Origin: a virus
DNA length: 58,914 nucleotides
Virus record (IMG/VR): IMGVR_UViG_3300023283_000071
Span: 1 to 58,914 of that record
Reading direction: 5' to 3' (one strand)
Below, piece after piece: positions 40,050 to 49,537 of the stretch; the first letter of the stretch is position 1; every line of letters starts with the position of its first letter. Made by a program: the position numbers and the translations under genes. Under the pieces are notes generated by a model, which did no database searches, had not been told where the DNA came from, and saw only the letters and a list, made by a program, of their open reading frames with translations.

Positions 40050-42172
40050 GAGCCGGTATAGAGCCCTCATCGACTCCGCTAGCCGGCGGCGGGATGAGGT
40101 TCATCCCGAGCGCCGAGTTGCAGGCGTACGAGAGACAGCCCGCCCTCGAGCGCCAGAACGAACCTGTGATGACGGGGCTTGCCGGGCATCTGCAGATGCT
40201 CTGGGAGGAGGCGAAGGAGGCGAAGGAGCCAATCACCCGGGACCTGCTCGCGAACCTGCGGCAGCGCAAGGGCGAATACGAGCCGCAGAAGCTCGCACAG
40301 ATTCAAGCGACCGGCGGGTCCACGATCTTCATCCTGCTGACCGACGCCAAGTGCCGACATGCCTCGGCGCTGCTGCAGGACGTTCTGCTGCCGGAGAGTG
40401 ATCGGGCGTGGGACCTCAGCCCTACTCCGGTTCCGGATCTCCCGTCGTGGCTGAAGGAAAAAGCCGTCATGCGGCTCCAGCAGGAGGCGATGGCCGTGTT
40501 CGAGGCTACCGGGGCGCCGGTACCGGAGGAGCAGCTTCTCGCACGTGCGTACGAGCTCCGCGACGAACTGATGGCGCAGTGGCAAGACATCGCCGATCAG
40601 TATACGAGTCGTATGGAAACGATGATGGACGACCAGCTAGAGGAAGGCGGCTGGCGTATCGAGATGAGGGACTTCATCGACGATCTGGTGACGTTCCAAT
40701 CTTCGTTCTTCAAGGGGCCGGTGATCCGACGTCGGAAGAAGCTCACTTGGGACATCACCGATTTCGGCGGGCGACGCATGGTGAAGCCACTGATCGAGCG
40801 GAAGATCGTCAAGACGTGGGAGAGACGTAGCCCGTTCGACATCTATCCGAGCCCGAATGCTCGCGGGATCAATGACGGGTACCTGTTCGATCGATATCGG
40901 CACACCCTCGGCGATCTGGAGTCAATGAAGGGGGTCCCTGGGTACGATGAGCAGGCGATCAACGAGATAATCGACGAGTACGGTCAATCCGGATTCCGTG
41001 AGTGGATCACCCAGGACTACGAGCGCGCACGGGTAGAGAATCGCCCCTACGAATACCTCAACCAGGCGCGCACGATCGAGTGCCACAACTTCTGGGGTTC
41101 GGTGCACGGGCAACTTCTGCTCGATTGGGGGATGAGTGAGGAACAGGTACGGGACCCGAGAAAGGTCTATGAGATCGAGGCGTGGAAGTGCGGCAGATGG
41201 GTCTTCAAGGCGACCCTGAACCCGCATCCGCTAGGTCATCGCCCCTACTCGAAGTCGTCTTTCGACAAGGTTCCCGGGTCCTTCTGGGGGAAGGGGGTAC
41301 CCAACCTGATGAAGGACGATCAGCAGATGTGCAACGCCGCCGGGCGTGCGATCTCCAACAACGCCGGCATTGCGTCCGGCCCGCAGGTCGTGATCAACGA
41401 TTCGCAGCGCCTCCCTCCTGGAGAGAAGGTCACGTCGCTGCATCCGTGGAAGATCTGGGTGTTCGGGGGCGATCGAGCGGCCACGAGCCATCGTCCCCCG
41501 ATAGACTTCTTCCAGCCGAACCCGATGGTTCGAGAGCTACTCGAGATCTTCAAGTTCTTCATGGCTCTCGCGGACATGACCACGGGGATCCCTGCGTACT
41601 CTCACGGTGGAGCGATGGAGGCCAAGGGAGCGTTGGAGACGGCATCCGGGTTCTCAATGGCGATCGGACAGACGTCGAAGGGAGCCAAGCAAGTCGTACG
41701 CAACGTGGACATCGACATCGTCGAGCCGAGATTGAGGGATCTCTACGTCCACAACATGATGTTCGAGGACGATCCGAACATAAAGGGCGACTCTCAGGTG
41801 CGTGCTCGCGGCAGTATGGTGCTGATGCAGAAGGAGCAGCAGCAGGTTCGCCGGCGAGAATTCCTCGACGGCACGAACAACCCGACCGATCTCCAGATCA
41901 TGGGGCTCGACGGACGCGCGGCGGTTCTGCGTGAGGTAGCGAAGTCGCTCGAGATGCCGATCGACAAGATCGTCCCAGACCCCGAGAAGATGAAGCGACT
42001 GATGCAGATGATGCGCTCGTCGCAGGTCCAGGCGCCGAACACCGGGACCCCCGAGAATGCGTCCCAGACGTTGGACGCATCCGGAGCTCCAGTCGCGGGA
42101 CAGGACACCCGTTTGTTCAACGAGCCGAGCCGGGCCAGGACGGCACCGAGTTCGCAAACTCAGCGAGGCTGA
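40046..42172 (+). CDS. Portal protein
   Basis: 708 aa, located after terL and before the scaffold and capsid genes. The size and position are typical. The start could instead be the ATG at 40094. Confidence 0.7.
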   Translation: MRAGIEPSSTPLAGGGMRFIPSAELQAYERQPALERQNEPVMTGLAGHLQMLWEEAKEAKEPITRDLLANLRQRKGEYEPQKLAQIQATGGSTIFILLTDAKCRHASALLQDVLLPESDRAWDLSPTPVPDLPSWLKEKAVMRLQQEAMAVFEATGAPVPEEQLLARAYELRDELMAQWQDIADQYTSRMETMMDDQLEEGGWRIEMRDFIDDLVTFQSSFFKGPVIRRRKKLTWDITDFGGRRMVKPLIERKIVKTWERRSPFDIYPSPNARGINDGYLFDRYRHTLGDLESMKGVPGYDEQAINEIIDEYGQSGFREWITQDYERARVENRPYEYLNQARTIECHNFWGSVHGQLLLDWGMSEEQVRDPRKVYEIEAWKCGRWVFKATLNPHPLGHRPYSKSSFDKVPGSFWGKGVPNLMKDDQQMCNAAGRAISNNAGIASGPQVVINDSQRLPPGEKVTSLHPWKIWVFGGDRAATSHRPPIDFFQPNPMVRELLEIFKFFMALADMTTGIPAYSHGGAMEAKGALETASGFSMAIGQTSKGAKQVVRNVDIDIVEPRLRDLYVHNMMFEDDPNIKGDSQVRARGSMVLMQKEQQQVRRREFLDGTNNPTDLQIMGLDGRAAVLREVAKSLEMPIDKIVPDPEKMKRLMQMMRSSQVQAPNTGTPENASQTLDASGAPVAGQDTRLFNEPSRARTAPSSQTQRG

Positions 42173-42176
42173 CATC

Positions 42177-42617
42177 ATGGCTTGGAGAAACGACGCTCAT
42201 TTCACGAAGCTCCGGCTTGGAAACGAGGAAGAAGAAGGCCCCTACGAGATCACCAAGGAGGCGTTCGAGGCCAACTTCACGGTCGGCGCCGAGGCGGCGA
42301 ACGTGATCAACGTGGCGATCCAGCTCAAGGACGCGCAGGGGAAGGACCTCGATCACGCGGCGGCCCTGCCGTGGTATCTGGCCGACGACGCGGCCGGCCT
42401 CAACCCGGCCACCGTGGCCCACAGCTCCAGCCCCGCGATCGGTACGGACGGGGGGCTGATCGCGACACTGGCAGATCTCGCCGGCATCGTCGTGAGCGAG
42501 GCGGACGGCGACATCGACATCGACTTCACCGAGACCGGCGCGCTCACCAAGTACCTCGTGCTGGTCATGCCGAACGGCCGGTTGGTGGTCTCTCCGGCCA
42601 TCACGCACGCGGCGTGA
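42177..42617 (+). CDS. Hypothetical virion-module protein
   Basis: ATG at 42177, 5 nt after the portal stop. Confidence 0.6.
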   Translation: MAWRNDAHFTKLRLGNEEEEGPYEITKEAFEANFTVGAEAANVINVAIQLKDAQGKDLDHAAALPWYLADDAAGLNPATVAHSSSPAIGTDGGLIATLADLAGIVVSEADGDIDIDFTETGALTKYLVLVMPNGRLVVSPAITHAA

Positions 42618-42862
42618 TCGATGTCCCGCAGGATCCGGACGAGCAGGCCCGGGTCCTGCGGGCCCTTGACAGACTCGGCAATTCGGACGATTTTCAAGTC
42701 GTTCGCCGCTGGCTGGAATCAGAGCTGTCCAGGATCAGGGAGGCGAACGACCAGGTGGAGGAGGAAGTCCACCTGCGCCGAGGACAGGGGGCCGCCCTCA
42801 CGCTGCGGTACCTGTTCGAGACGCAAGACAGCGCCAGGGAGGCGCTTCGTAGATCCCGGTAA
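42614..42862 (+). CDS. Hypothetical small protein
   Basis: GTGA-coupled GTG at 42614. VIDVPQDPDEQARVLRALDRLGNSDDFQVVRRWLESEL.... The competing track ORF 42621..42920 is Arg/Ser noise. Confidence 0.5.
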   Translation: MIDVPQDPDEQARVLRALDRLGNSDDFQVVRRWLESELSRIREANDQVEEEVHLRRGQGAALTLRYLFETQDSAREALRRSR

Positions 42863-42872
42863 CGGGATACGC

Positions 42873-42965
42873 GAAGCCCGTAGTCGGATCGCAGTGGAGC
42901 CCGTAGCCGGATCGGCATAGCCGAAGCCCGTAGACGGACCACCAGCGAAGCCCGTGAGTCGGATC
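42873..42965. repeat. Four direct repeats of about 18 nt in the portal-module/scaffold intergenic region
   Basis: GAAGCCCGTAGTCGGATC (42873), GGAGCCCGTAGCCGGATC (42896), GAAGCCCGTAGACGGACC (42923), GAAGCCCGTGAGTCGGATC (42947). The spacing is 23-27 nt and the array ends 14 nt before the scaffold ATG. Confidence 0.8.
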
Positions 42966-42979
42966 GTGGAGGTTATGGG

Positions 42980-43870
42980 ATGAGTGTTCCAGGTGAAGTC
43001 GCGAAAGCGAACGAGGAGGCGGATCGAAGACTGAAAGGAGGTGGTCAGGAGGCGGATCCCGACAATCGGGAGCAAGACCCCGCCTACTGGAAGGCCAGGT
43101 TCGAGTCGGTGAGGGGGATGCTGGAGAAGGCCCCTGATCCGAAGAAGTACCACGAGCTCGCGGAGAAGGTGAACGATCTCTCCTCGAAGCTCGAGGCCGC
43201 CGAGGGCAAGCTCGAGCAGGCCGTCGCCGAACAGGCGAGCGGCAAGATCGGGGAAAGCCTCAAGGCGATGGAGGATCGGGATTTCGATTCCGACCTTCTG
43301 GAGGTGCTGAGGCAGAATCAGCAGCTCGTCGCGGACCAGGCCAAGACCATCTCCAAGCTGAATTCCAAGATCGACAAGCTGGAGGGAAATGTTCGGGATT
43401 CGACCGAGAGCGCGCGCATGAGTGCGGAGCAGTCGTTCTGGTCGCGGCTGAAGGAAGCTGTCCCGGACCACTCCAAGATCAACCGGGAAGCCGAGTTCAT
43501 CAAGTACATGAACGAGGTGGACCCGGGAGCCCGGCGCTACACGGGCGAGGAGAAGACCCGCCAGCAGTTGCTCGAGGAAGCGGCTGCACGTCTCGACGCC
43601 GACGCGGCAATCGCGTACTACACGACGTATCTGGAACGCTCCGGACGCACTCGGACTCGAACCGAAGTGGAGACCCAGGTGTCCCCCGAGGAGACCGGAG
43701 CCGGTGCAGGAGGCGAGCCGTCGAAAGGCGGCAAGAAGATCTGGACAGTCTCCGGGTACCAGAAGGTCACCCAGGACGCCATTCAGGGTCGGATCACGGA
43801 GGAGGAGTACGAGCGCGCCACTCGTGACTACATGGCCGCCGCGGGAGAGGGGCGTCTGAGACGCTCCTGA
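42980..43870 (+). CDS. Scaffolding protein
   Basis: 296 aa, E/K/A/L-rich coiled coil, located directly upstream of the major capsid gene. GGAGG lies before the ATG. Confidence 0.7.
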   Translation: MSVPGEVAKANEEADRRLKGGGQEADPDNREQDPAYWKARFESVRGMLEKAPDPKKYHELAEKVNDLSSKLEAAEGKLEQAVAEQASGKIGESLKAMEDRDFDSDLLEVLRQNQQLVADQAKTISKLNSKIDKLEGNVRDSTESARMSAEQSFWSRLKEAVPDHSKINREAEFIKYMNEVDPGARRYTGEEKTRQQLLEEAAARLDADAAIAYYTTYLERSGRTRTRTEVETQVSPEETGAGAGGEPSKGGKKIWTVSGYQKVTQDAIQGRITEEEYERATRDYMAAAGEGRLRRS

Positions 43871-43909
43871 GCAGTTCGACGGCGGTCACAACAATGGGAG
43901 TGATCCGAC

Positions 43910-44839
43910 ATGGCCGCCGTGTTCCCGGTAGCATCCGGCTACCCCGAATACTCGGGGACGATGATCCCCGAGGTCTGGTCCCCGAAGCTGCTCTACAAGT
44001 TCTACAAGTCCACGGTGTTCGGCGCGATCGCCAACACGGACTACGAAGGGGAGATCCGAGATCAGGGCGACACCGTGCACATCCGCAGCACGCCCACGAT
44101 CGCCATCAACGACTACGTCAAGGGGCAGAAGCTCGACTACGAGACCCCCGAGCCGACCCTCACCGACCTGCTCATCGACAAGGGCAAGTCCTGGTCGTTC
44201 AAGGACGACGACGTCGATCGGAAGCAGTCCGACTACGACTACATCGACGACTGGACCGCCGATGCGGCGATGCAGCTCAAGATCACGATCGACACGCAGA
44301 TCCTCGCCAACGTCTACGCCGACGCGCACGCCTCGAACAAGGGCACGACCGCCGGCGTCGATTCCTCGAGCTTCAACCTCGGCACGACCGGCTCTCCGGT
44401 CGCGGTGGACAAGACCAACGTGGTCGAGTACATCCAGGACTGCGGAGCGGTGCTGGACGAGCAGAACGTGCCCGAGGAGAGCCGGTGGTTCGTCGCCCCG
44501 ACCTGGATGATCAACCTGATCGGGAAGTCGGACCTCAAGGACGCCAGTCTCTCGGGCGACCAGGTCTCCATCTCGAGGAACGGTCGGGTGGGCATGATCG
44601 ACCGCTTCGACATCTATCGATCGAACAGCGTGGCGAAGACGACGGACGGATCGAACAGCGTCTCGAACATCATCTTCGGTCACAAGTCGGGCATCACCTT
44701 CGCGAGCCAGCTTCTCGAGAACGAGGGGCCGATGCGGCACCCGGACTACTTCGGGAACTTCTACCGGGGGCTCCAGGTGTACGGTTTCAAGGTGATCAAG
44801 CCCGAGGCTCTCGGTCACTTCTACGCCTACAAGGGCTGA
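43910..44839 (+). CDS. Major capsid protein (HK97-fold, P22-coat/T7-gp10-like family)
   Basis: MIPEVWSPKLLYKFYKSTVFGAIANTDYEGEIRDQGDTVHIR at the N-terminus and FKVIKPEAL near the C-terminus are characteristic of that coat family. It is followed by a strong hairpin. Confidence 0.9.
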   Translation: MAAVFPVASGYPEYSGTMIPEVWSPKLLYKFYKSTVFGAIANTDYEGEIRDQGDTVHIRSTPTIAINDYVKGQKLDYETPEPTLTDLLIDKGKSWSFKDDDVDRKQSDYDYIDDWTADAAMQLKITIDTQILANVYADAHASNKGTTAGVDSSSFNLGTTGSPVAVDKTNVVEYIQDCGAVLDEQNVPEESRWFVAPTWMINLIGKSDLKDASLSGDQVSISRNGRVGMIDRFDIYRSNSVAKTTDGSNSVSNIIFGHKSGITFASQLLENEGPMRHPDYFGNFYRGLQVYGFKVIKPEALGHFYAYKG

Positions 44840-44848
44840 CGACGGTAA

Positions 44849-44871
44849 GCGGGAGGGCTGATCCCTCCCGC
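44849..44871 (+). terminator. GC hairpin downstream of the capsid gene (attenuator/terminator-like, no T-tract)
   Basis: GCGGGAGGG ctgat CCCTCCCGC, a perfect 9-bp stem. Confidence 0.5.
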
Positions 44872-44898
44872 CCCGGGTGAACGCAGGAGGTATCCAGC

Positions 44899-45315
44899 AT
44901 GGCAACCGTAGACGGAACAGTCGGCGGGACCACGAAGCTGCCCGGACATCTGTCGAAGCAGCTCTACAAGGTGTCCAGGCACTACGACTTCTCCGAGAAC
45001 AACCAGTCCTCGAGCGACGTCATCCAGCTCATCAACATCCCCGCCAACCACTTCGTGCTGGCGGTGTTCAGCGATGTCGAGGTGGCAGAGGGCGGAACGC
45101 TCACCTTCGACGCCGGCGACGGCGCCGATCCGAACGGGTGGGACGACGCCGTGGACGGCGACACCGTGGCGGTGACGCAGGGGGACGGGGCGTTCGCGGC
45201 GCAGACGGCCGGCGGCAAGCTCTACACCGCGGCCGACACGCTCGACATCGTGCTCGACAACGACGCGGACGCGGCCAAGATCGGCCTCATCGCGCTCGTC
45301 GCCGAGATCGCGTAA
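44899..45315 (+). CDS. Hypothetical virion protein (candidate capsid decoration protein)
   Basis: 138 aa immediately after the capsid gene, with AGGAGG before the ATG. The functional guess rests on position only. Confidence 0.55.
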   Translation: MATVDGTVGGTTKLPGHLSKQLYKVSRHYDFSENNQSSSDVIQLINIPANHFVLAVFSDVEVAEGGTLTFDAGDGADPNGWDDAVDGDTVAVTQGDGAFAAQTAGGKLYTAADTLDIVLDNDADAAKIGLIALVAEIA

Positions 45316-45320
45316 CGGAA

Positions 45321-45344
45321 GGCGGGGGCCGCGAGGCCCCCGCC
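45321..45344 (+). terminator. GC hairpin with a GNRA loop (terminator-like, no T-tract)
   Basis: GGCGGGGGCC gcga GGCCCCCGCC, a perfect 10-bp stem. Confidence 0.55.
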
Positions 45345-45357
45345 CGCGGAGGGGCCC

Positions 45358-45714
45358 ATGGGGCGATTCCTGAAGAAGATCTCGGACGGGTACATCTACC
45401 CGTGGACCTCGGAGCTCGCCAAGCGGACCGACATGATCGAGTGCGATCGCAACGGCCGCCTGAAGGCGGCCGCCCCGGGGGTGGTCGCCGAGACCGCCAA
45501 CCCTCCGGCGCTGCCGATCTCCGAGCGTACCCCGAGGCCCGTGGACGAGCTGAAGGACGAATCGACGCTCAGGCAGTACCTCACGAGCCTCGACAAGGGC
45601 AGTCTCGAGGCGTGGTCGAAGGACACCCTGTCCTTCGACCCGGACCGGCGCCTGTCGAAGCACCGCATGATCGACCAGGTGGTGGCTGCGGCGAAGGACG
45701 AGGGAAAGATCTGA
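45358..45714 (+). CDS. Hypothetical virion-module protein
   Basis: 118-codon ORF. Confidence 0.55.
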   Translation: MGRFLKKISDGYIYPWTSELAKRTDMIECDRNGRLKAAAPGVVAETANPPALPISERTPRPVDELKDESTLRQYLTSLDKGSLEAWSKDTLSFDPDRRLSKHRMIDQVVAAAKDEGKI

Positions 45715-45721
45715 CGGTGCG

Positions 45722-46402
45722 ATGGCGAATGTTGCATGGTCCTCCTACCTTCCGGACCTGCTGGTAGAGGTACCGGGGGTCCCGACTCCGATCGCGGAGA
45801 GCAAGATCCGTGATGCTCTGATCGAGTTCTGCTATCAGTCGAGCATCTGGAGGCAGGATTTGTCTCCGATCGACGTCACGGAAGACGTAGACACCTACAC
45901 CCTCACCAATCCGACCGGCGCCCAGATCGTCACTCCACACCACGTGGAGTTCGACGACACGCCGGTTCTTCCGATTCCAGAGGATCTCCTCGACCACGTC
46001 TCCCGCAACTGGCGGAACAGCGAGCTCGGGTACCATTTCTTCATGGAGGATCCGAACACGTTGCGGCTGACGTGGCTGCCGAGGAAGACCATCACCGGGG
46101 GGCTCGACGTAGGCGTGGTGCTCAAGCCGAGCCGCTCCTCTGCCGACGCTCCGGACTGGCTGTTCGAGAACTGGAAGGAGCCCATCGTTCACGGCGCTGC
46201 CGCCAGGTGTCTCGAGATGCCGAACAAGCGGTGGAGCGCGGTAGGGACGCCGAGCGACGGCCGGCGAACGAGGGGGATCCGTAGAGCCAACTCGTCGTTG
46301 CATTGGGATCGGTTCTGGGGCGGGGTGAGCAAGGCCCTCGGAGTCGCCACGAAAAGCCATACGCGGACCGGCACCCGCGTCGAGTTCACTCCCTTCGCGT
46401 GA
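45722..46402 (+). CDS. Hypothetical virion-module protein (head-tail joining candidate)
   Basis: 226-codon ORF; position only. Confidence 0.55.
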   Translation: MANVAWSSYLPDLLVEVPGVPTPIAESKIRDALIEFCYQSSIWRQDLSPIDVTEDVDTYTLTNPTGAQIVTPHHVEFDDTPVLPIPEDLLDHVSRNWRNSELGYHFFMEDPNTLRLTWLPRKTITGGLDVGVVLKPSRSSADAPDWLFENWKEPIVHGAAARCLEMPNKRWSAVGTPSDGRRTRGIRRANSSLHWDRFWGGVSKALGVATKSHTRTGTRVEFTPFA

Positions 46403-47064
46403 GCATCGACGCCAAGTGGCTCATCGACCGGGCCCTCGTGATCCTGGTCGATGTCTCCGGAGATACCTACACGCGCGCCGAGGGGCTCCACTACGTCAAC
46501 GACGCGCAGCGCACGGTCACGATGCTGCGACCGGACGCGAAGTCCGGCGTCGAGACGGTCAAGCTGGTCGCCTCGCAGACCAAACAGACGATCCCCTCAA
46601 CGGCTCGCAGGCTGATGGGGATCACACGGAACATGGGGGCGGACGGGGCAACTCCAGGCAACGCCGTGAGAGGCCCAGTTCCGCAGGAAGATTTGGACTC
46701 CTTCGACCCGGATTGGCACCAGACGGCGGCGACCGTGATCCAGGAGTACGTGTACGACGAGCGTGTGCCGGACATCTACTACGTCTACCCTGGCGCCCAT
46801 GCCATGACCCAGGTATGGGCCGAGCTGAAACTCGCTCTGTTCCCCGTCGACCTCGACGACGAGACGGACGTGATAGACCTCGACGAGATCTACGCGCCGG
46901 CGATGCTCGAGTGGGTTCTCTATCGCTACTGGAGCCGCGACGAGGAGGACAATCCGAATTGGGCCCGGGCCGCCCGACACTTCAAGAACACCTTTGACCT
47001 TCTGCAGGTCAAGCTCCGGCCGGACTTCGCGGTGTCTCCGCGAGTTCTAGAATTTCTGAAGTAG
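46399..47064 (+). CDS. Hypothetical virion-module protein
   Basis: GTGA-coupled GTG at 46399 within track ORF 46303..47064. Confidence 0.55.
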   Translation: MSIDAKWLIDRALVILVDVSGDTYTRAEGLHYVNDAQRTVTMLRPDAKSGVETVKLVASQTKQTIPSTARRLMGITRNMGADGATPGNAVRGPVPQEDLDSFDPDWHQTAATVIQEYVYDERVPDIYYVYPGAHAMTQVWAELKLALFPVDLDDETDVIDLDEIYAPAMLEWVLYRYWSRDEEDNPNWARAARHFKNTFDLLQVKLRPDFAVSPRVLEFLK

Positions 47065-47073
47065 GAGAGAACG

Positions 47074-47544
47074 ATGGCAAGCGGAACAGGTCTGGTACGG
47101 GAGGTCACGGTCACGCCTGCACTCGATGACGGTGTTGCCTACGCGGACGGTGACGTGCTGTTCGAGACGGTGAAGATCCCGAACGCCATGCGCAAGGAGG
47201 GCGAGGGAGGACTCCTGCACAGCGTGAGGCTGCTCGACAAGGACGAGGAGGGGGTGAAGATCGAGCTCTACATTCTCGATTCTCTGGTGGATCTCGGCAC
47301 GCTGAACGCCGCCGCCAACATCTCGGATGCGGATGCGGAATCCATCCTCGCCGTGATCCCGATCGAGACCACCGATTACGAGCAGCTCGTCAACTCCCGC
47401 GTTGCGAATCTGGACAACGTAGGGCGGGTGTTGAAGCCTGCGGCGAACAGTCGGGATCTCTACATCGGCGGCATCGTGCGCGGGACACCGACGTTCGCGA
47501 ACGCCGACGACATCCAGATCAAGCTCGGCATCGTCGCAGACTGA
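47074..47544 (+). CDS. Hypothetical virion-module protein
   Basis: 156-codon ORF. Confidence 0.55.
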   Translation: MASGTGLVREVTVTPALDDGVAYADGDVLFETVKIPNAMRKEGEGGLLHSVRLLDKDEEGVKIELYILDSLVDLGTLNAAANISDADAESILAVIPIETTDYEQLVNSRVANLDNVGRVLKPAANSRDLYIGGIVRGTPTFANADDIQIKLGIVAD

Positions 47545-47554
47545 GGCCCAGGCC

Positions 47555-47815
47555 ATGAGACTCCCTCGCTGGATGCGCAGGAAGGGTGTGAGGTTCGAGA
47601 AGCCTTTGGTTCTTCCGGAGCTTCCGCCGCCTGGCTTCGTGCGGCATCTTCGTGCCCTTCACACGCTGATGGGGCGATACCCGGCTGCCCCTGACAAGGA
47701 GCGCGTGAAGATCGAGGAGAAGATCGCGCTGCACCAGTCGCAGCTCGAGGCGGCGAACCTTCCTTACCCGAACAACCTTGACCAGGCGCGAGAGATGCTC
47801 GCGAAGTACGGATAA
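47555..47815 (+). CDS. Hypothetical protein
   Basis: 86-codon ORF. Confidence 0.5.
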   Translation: MRLPRWMRRKGVRFEKPLVLPELPPPGFVRHLRALHTLMGRYPAAPDKERVKIEEKIALHQSQLEAANLPYPNNLDQAREMLAKYG

Positions 47816-47933
47816 GGGACTAGATGGACGTGACCCTCCTCATCAACCGCGCGATCGGGGAGGTCGCTGCGCCGCATCTGCGATCGGCTGGATCGGATGG
47901 AGGATTCGGGGTGAGGCGGGAGAGATAGATAGC

Positions 47934-48383
47934 GTGGACGCGCTATTCCTCATCCGCCGCGCAACCAGCGCCAATCCTCGTCTCTCCGACGAGGCGAACC
48001 GCTGGCGTGAGGGGGAGGTGGTGAACATCTACGCCTACAACGCTCGCACGTTCGCGCCTCCGGCCGTCGGCTCTGCTCACTACTCGATCGTGGTGACCGG
48101 CCTGCCGGACGTGGGCATCGAGGCGCTGCGCCGGCGGCTCGCGAGAGCGCACGAGTACATCCCGGCGATCACGCCGGACGGTCCCGTCCATCACGTAGCT
48201 CGCAGGGCGTTCGCCGCCGATTTCTCGTCGCTGTCGCGGGATCTGCTCGACCAGCTCAAGCGTGATCGCTATCTCGTCATGACGGCAGCTGAGATGAAGG
48301 ATCTGTTCCGGAAGCGCAAGCAGTCCGACCGTTCGATGGAGCGGAAGGTGCGTGACGAGGACATGACGGCGGACGCGGACTGA
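47934..48383 (+). CDS. Hypothetical protein
   Basis: GTG at 47934 after GGGAGAG, within track ORF 47778..48383. Confidence 0.45.
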   Translation: MDALFLIRRATSANPRLSDEANRWREGEVVNIYAYNARTFAPPAVGSAHYSIVVTGLPDVGIEALRRRLARAHEYIPAITPDGPVHHVARRAFAADFSSLSRDLLDQLKRDRYLVMTAAEMKDLFRKRKQSDRSMERKVRDEDMTADAD

Positions 48384-49537
48384 TGGAGGATCTCGAACGA
48401 TTTGTGGATACCGCTGCGACCGCCGGTGGCTACGGCACGACGCAGGATCACAGTGGTGCCAACCGCGCCTACGCTTCGCTTTCCGAGGCCGAGAGCGCCG
48501 AGGACGGGCTGCACGATCTGTCTACGGACGGCAACACGCTCACGTTCTCGTGCGCCGGCGGATCGGACTCCACCGGCGTTACCATCGCCGGCTTCGGCAC
48601 CGCGGAGAACAACTGGCTCCGCGTGCGCGGCGATCCGAGCGCGCCGGATGGCGATGGCGAGTACGGGGGTCCGGCAAACTGGAGCACGGGGCACTACGTC
48701 CTCACGAGCGGCGGATTCAGCACGCTGGAGCCAGATGACAACTTCGTCTTCGTCGAGGGGATGCAGATCGACAACTCGAAGAACCACAGCGTTACGAGCA
48801 CGCTCGACATGAGAACCACCAGTGCCGTGTGCATCCGTAACAACCGGATCAGGTATAGCGGCGGGAACACTGGAGCCGAAGCGATCGGCTCGCAGGACAA
48901 CGTCAATACTCGTTGGTCGCGTTCCACGGGCTGGGGAGGGCTGGATTACGCAGTCTGCATCCTCAACAACATCATCCTGAGCGACGGCAACGGCATCGAC
49001 CCGATGCTCAATAACCTTGCCGACGATCCGCTGGTCGGGATCATCGGTAACACCATATACGCGGGTGGCGCCTACGCCATCCGAATACGGGAGGAGGGCG
49101 ACTCGGGTAACCTGCTCGGCAACTGGACGATCACGCACAACGCCGCCCCCGACGCCGAGATAGACGACGTGGGCGCTGCCCTCGCGGGCGCGACCATCGA
49201 CGAGCAGGACTGGAACGCGCACCAGAACGGCGAGACGGTTATCGGCGCGAACAGCGTCAACTTCACGGCGACGCTCACCAACGATCTTGAAGATCCGGGC
49301 TCCGGGGACTCGAAAGATCTGCACCCGGCCGGGACGGGATCGATCCTGTACGAGGCGGGGGATCCGACCTCGACCACGGCGGTCTCGCCGGACATCGACG
49401 GGACGAGCCGCAAGGCGACGCCGGACATCGGGGCGCACGAGCTGGAGGCGGCGGCTCCGTCGGGCGGCGCCAATATCGAGGTCATCGGCCACTACTACCG
49501 CCACCTGCTGGCCGGGCCACAGCAGTCGATCCACTGA
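48383..49537 (+). CDS. Tail fibre or tailspike-like protein with parallel beta-helix-type repeats
   Basis: Repeated segments ...CIRNNRIRYSGGN..., ...CILNNIILSDGNG..., ...IGNTIYAGGAYAIRI... resemble right-handed beta-helix (pectate-lyase-fold) turns. Confidence 0.5.
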   Translation: MEDLERFVDTAATAGGYGTTQDHSGANRAYASLSEAESAEDGLHDLSTDGNTLTFSCAGGSDSTGVTIAGFGTAENNWLRVRGDPSAPDGDGEYGGPANWSTGHYVLTSGGFSTLEPDDNFVFVEGMQIDNSKNHSVTSTLDMRTTSAVCIRNNRIRYSGGNTGAEAIGSQDNVNTRWSRSTGWGGLDYAVCILNNIILSDGNGIDPMLNNLADDPLVGIIGNTIYAGGAYAIRIREEGDSGNLLGNWTITHNAAPDAEIDDVGAALAGATIDEQDWNAHQNGETVIGANSVNFTATLTNDLEDPGSGDSKDLHPAGTGSILYEAGDPTSTTAVSPDIDGTSRKATPDIGAHELEAAAPSGGANIEVIGHYYRHLLAGPQQSIH

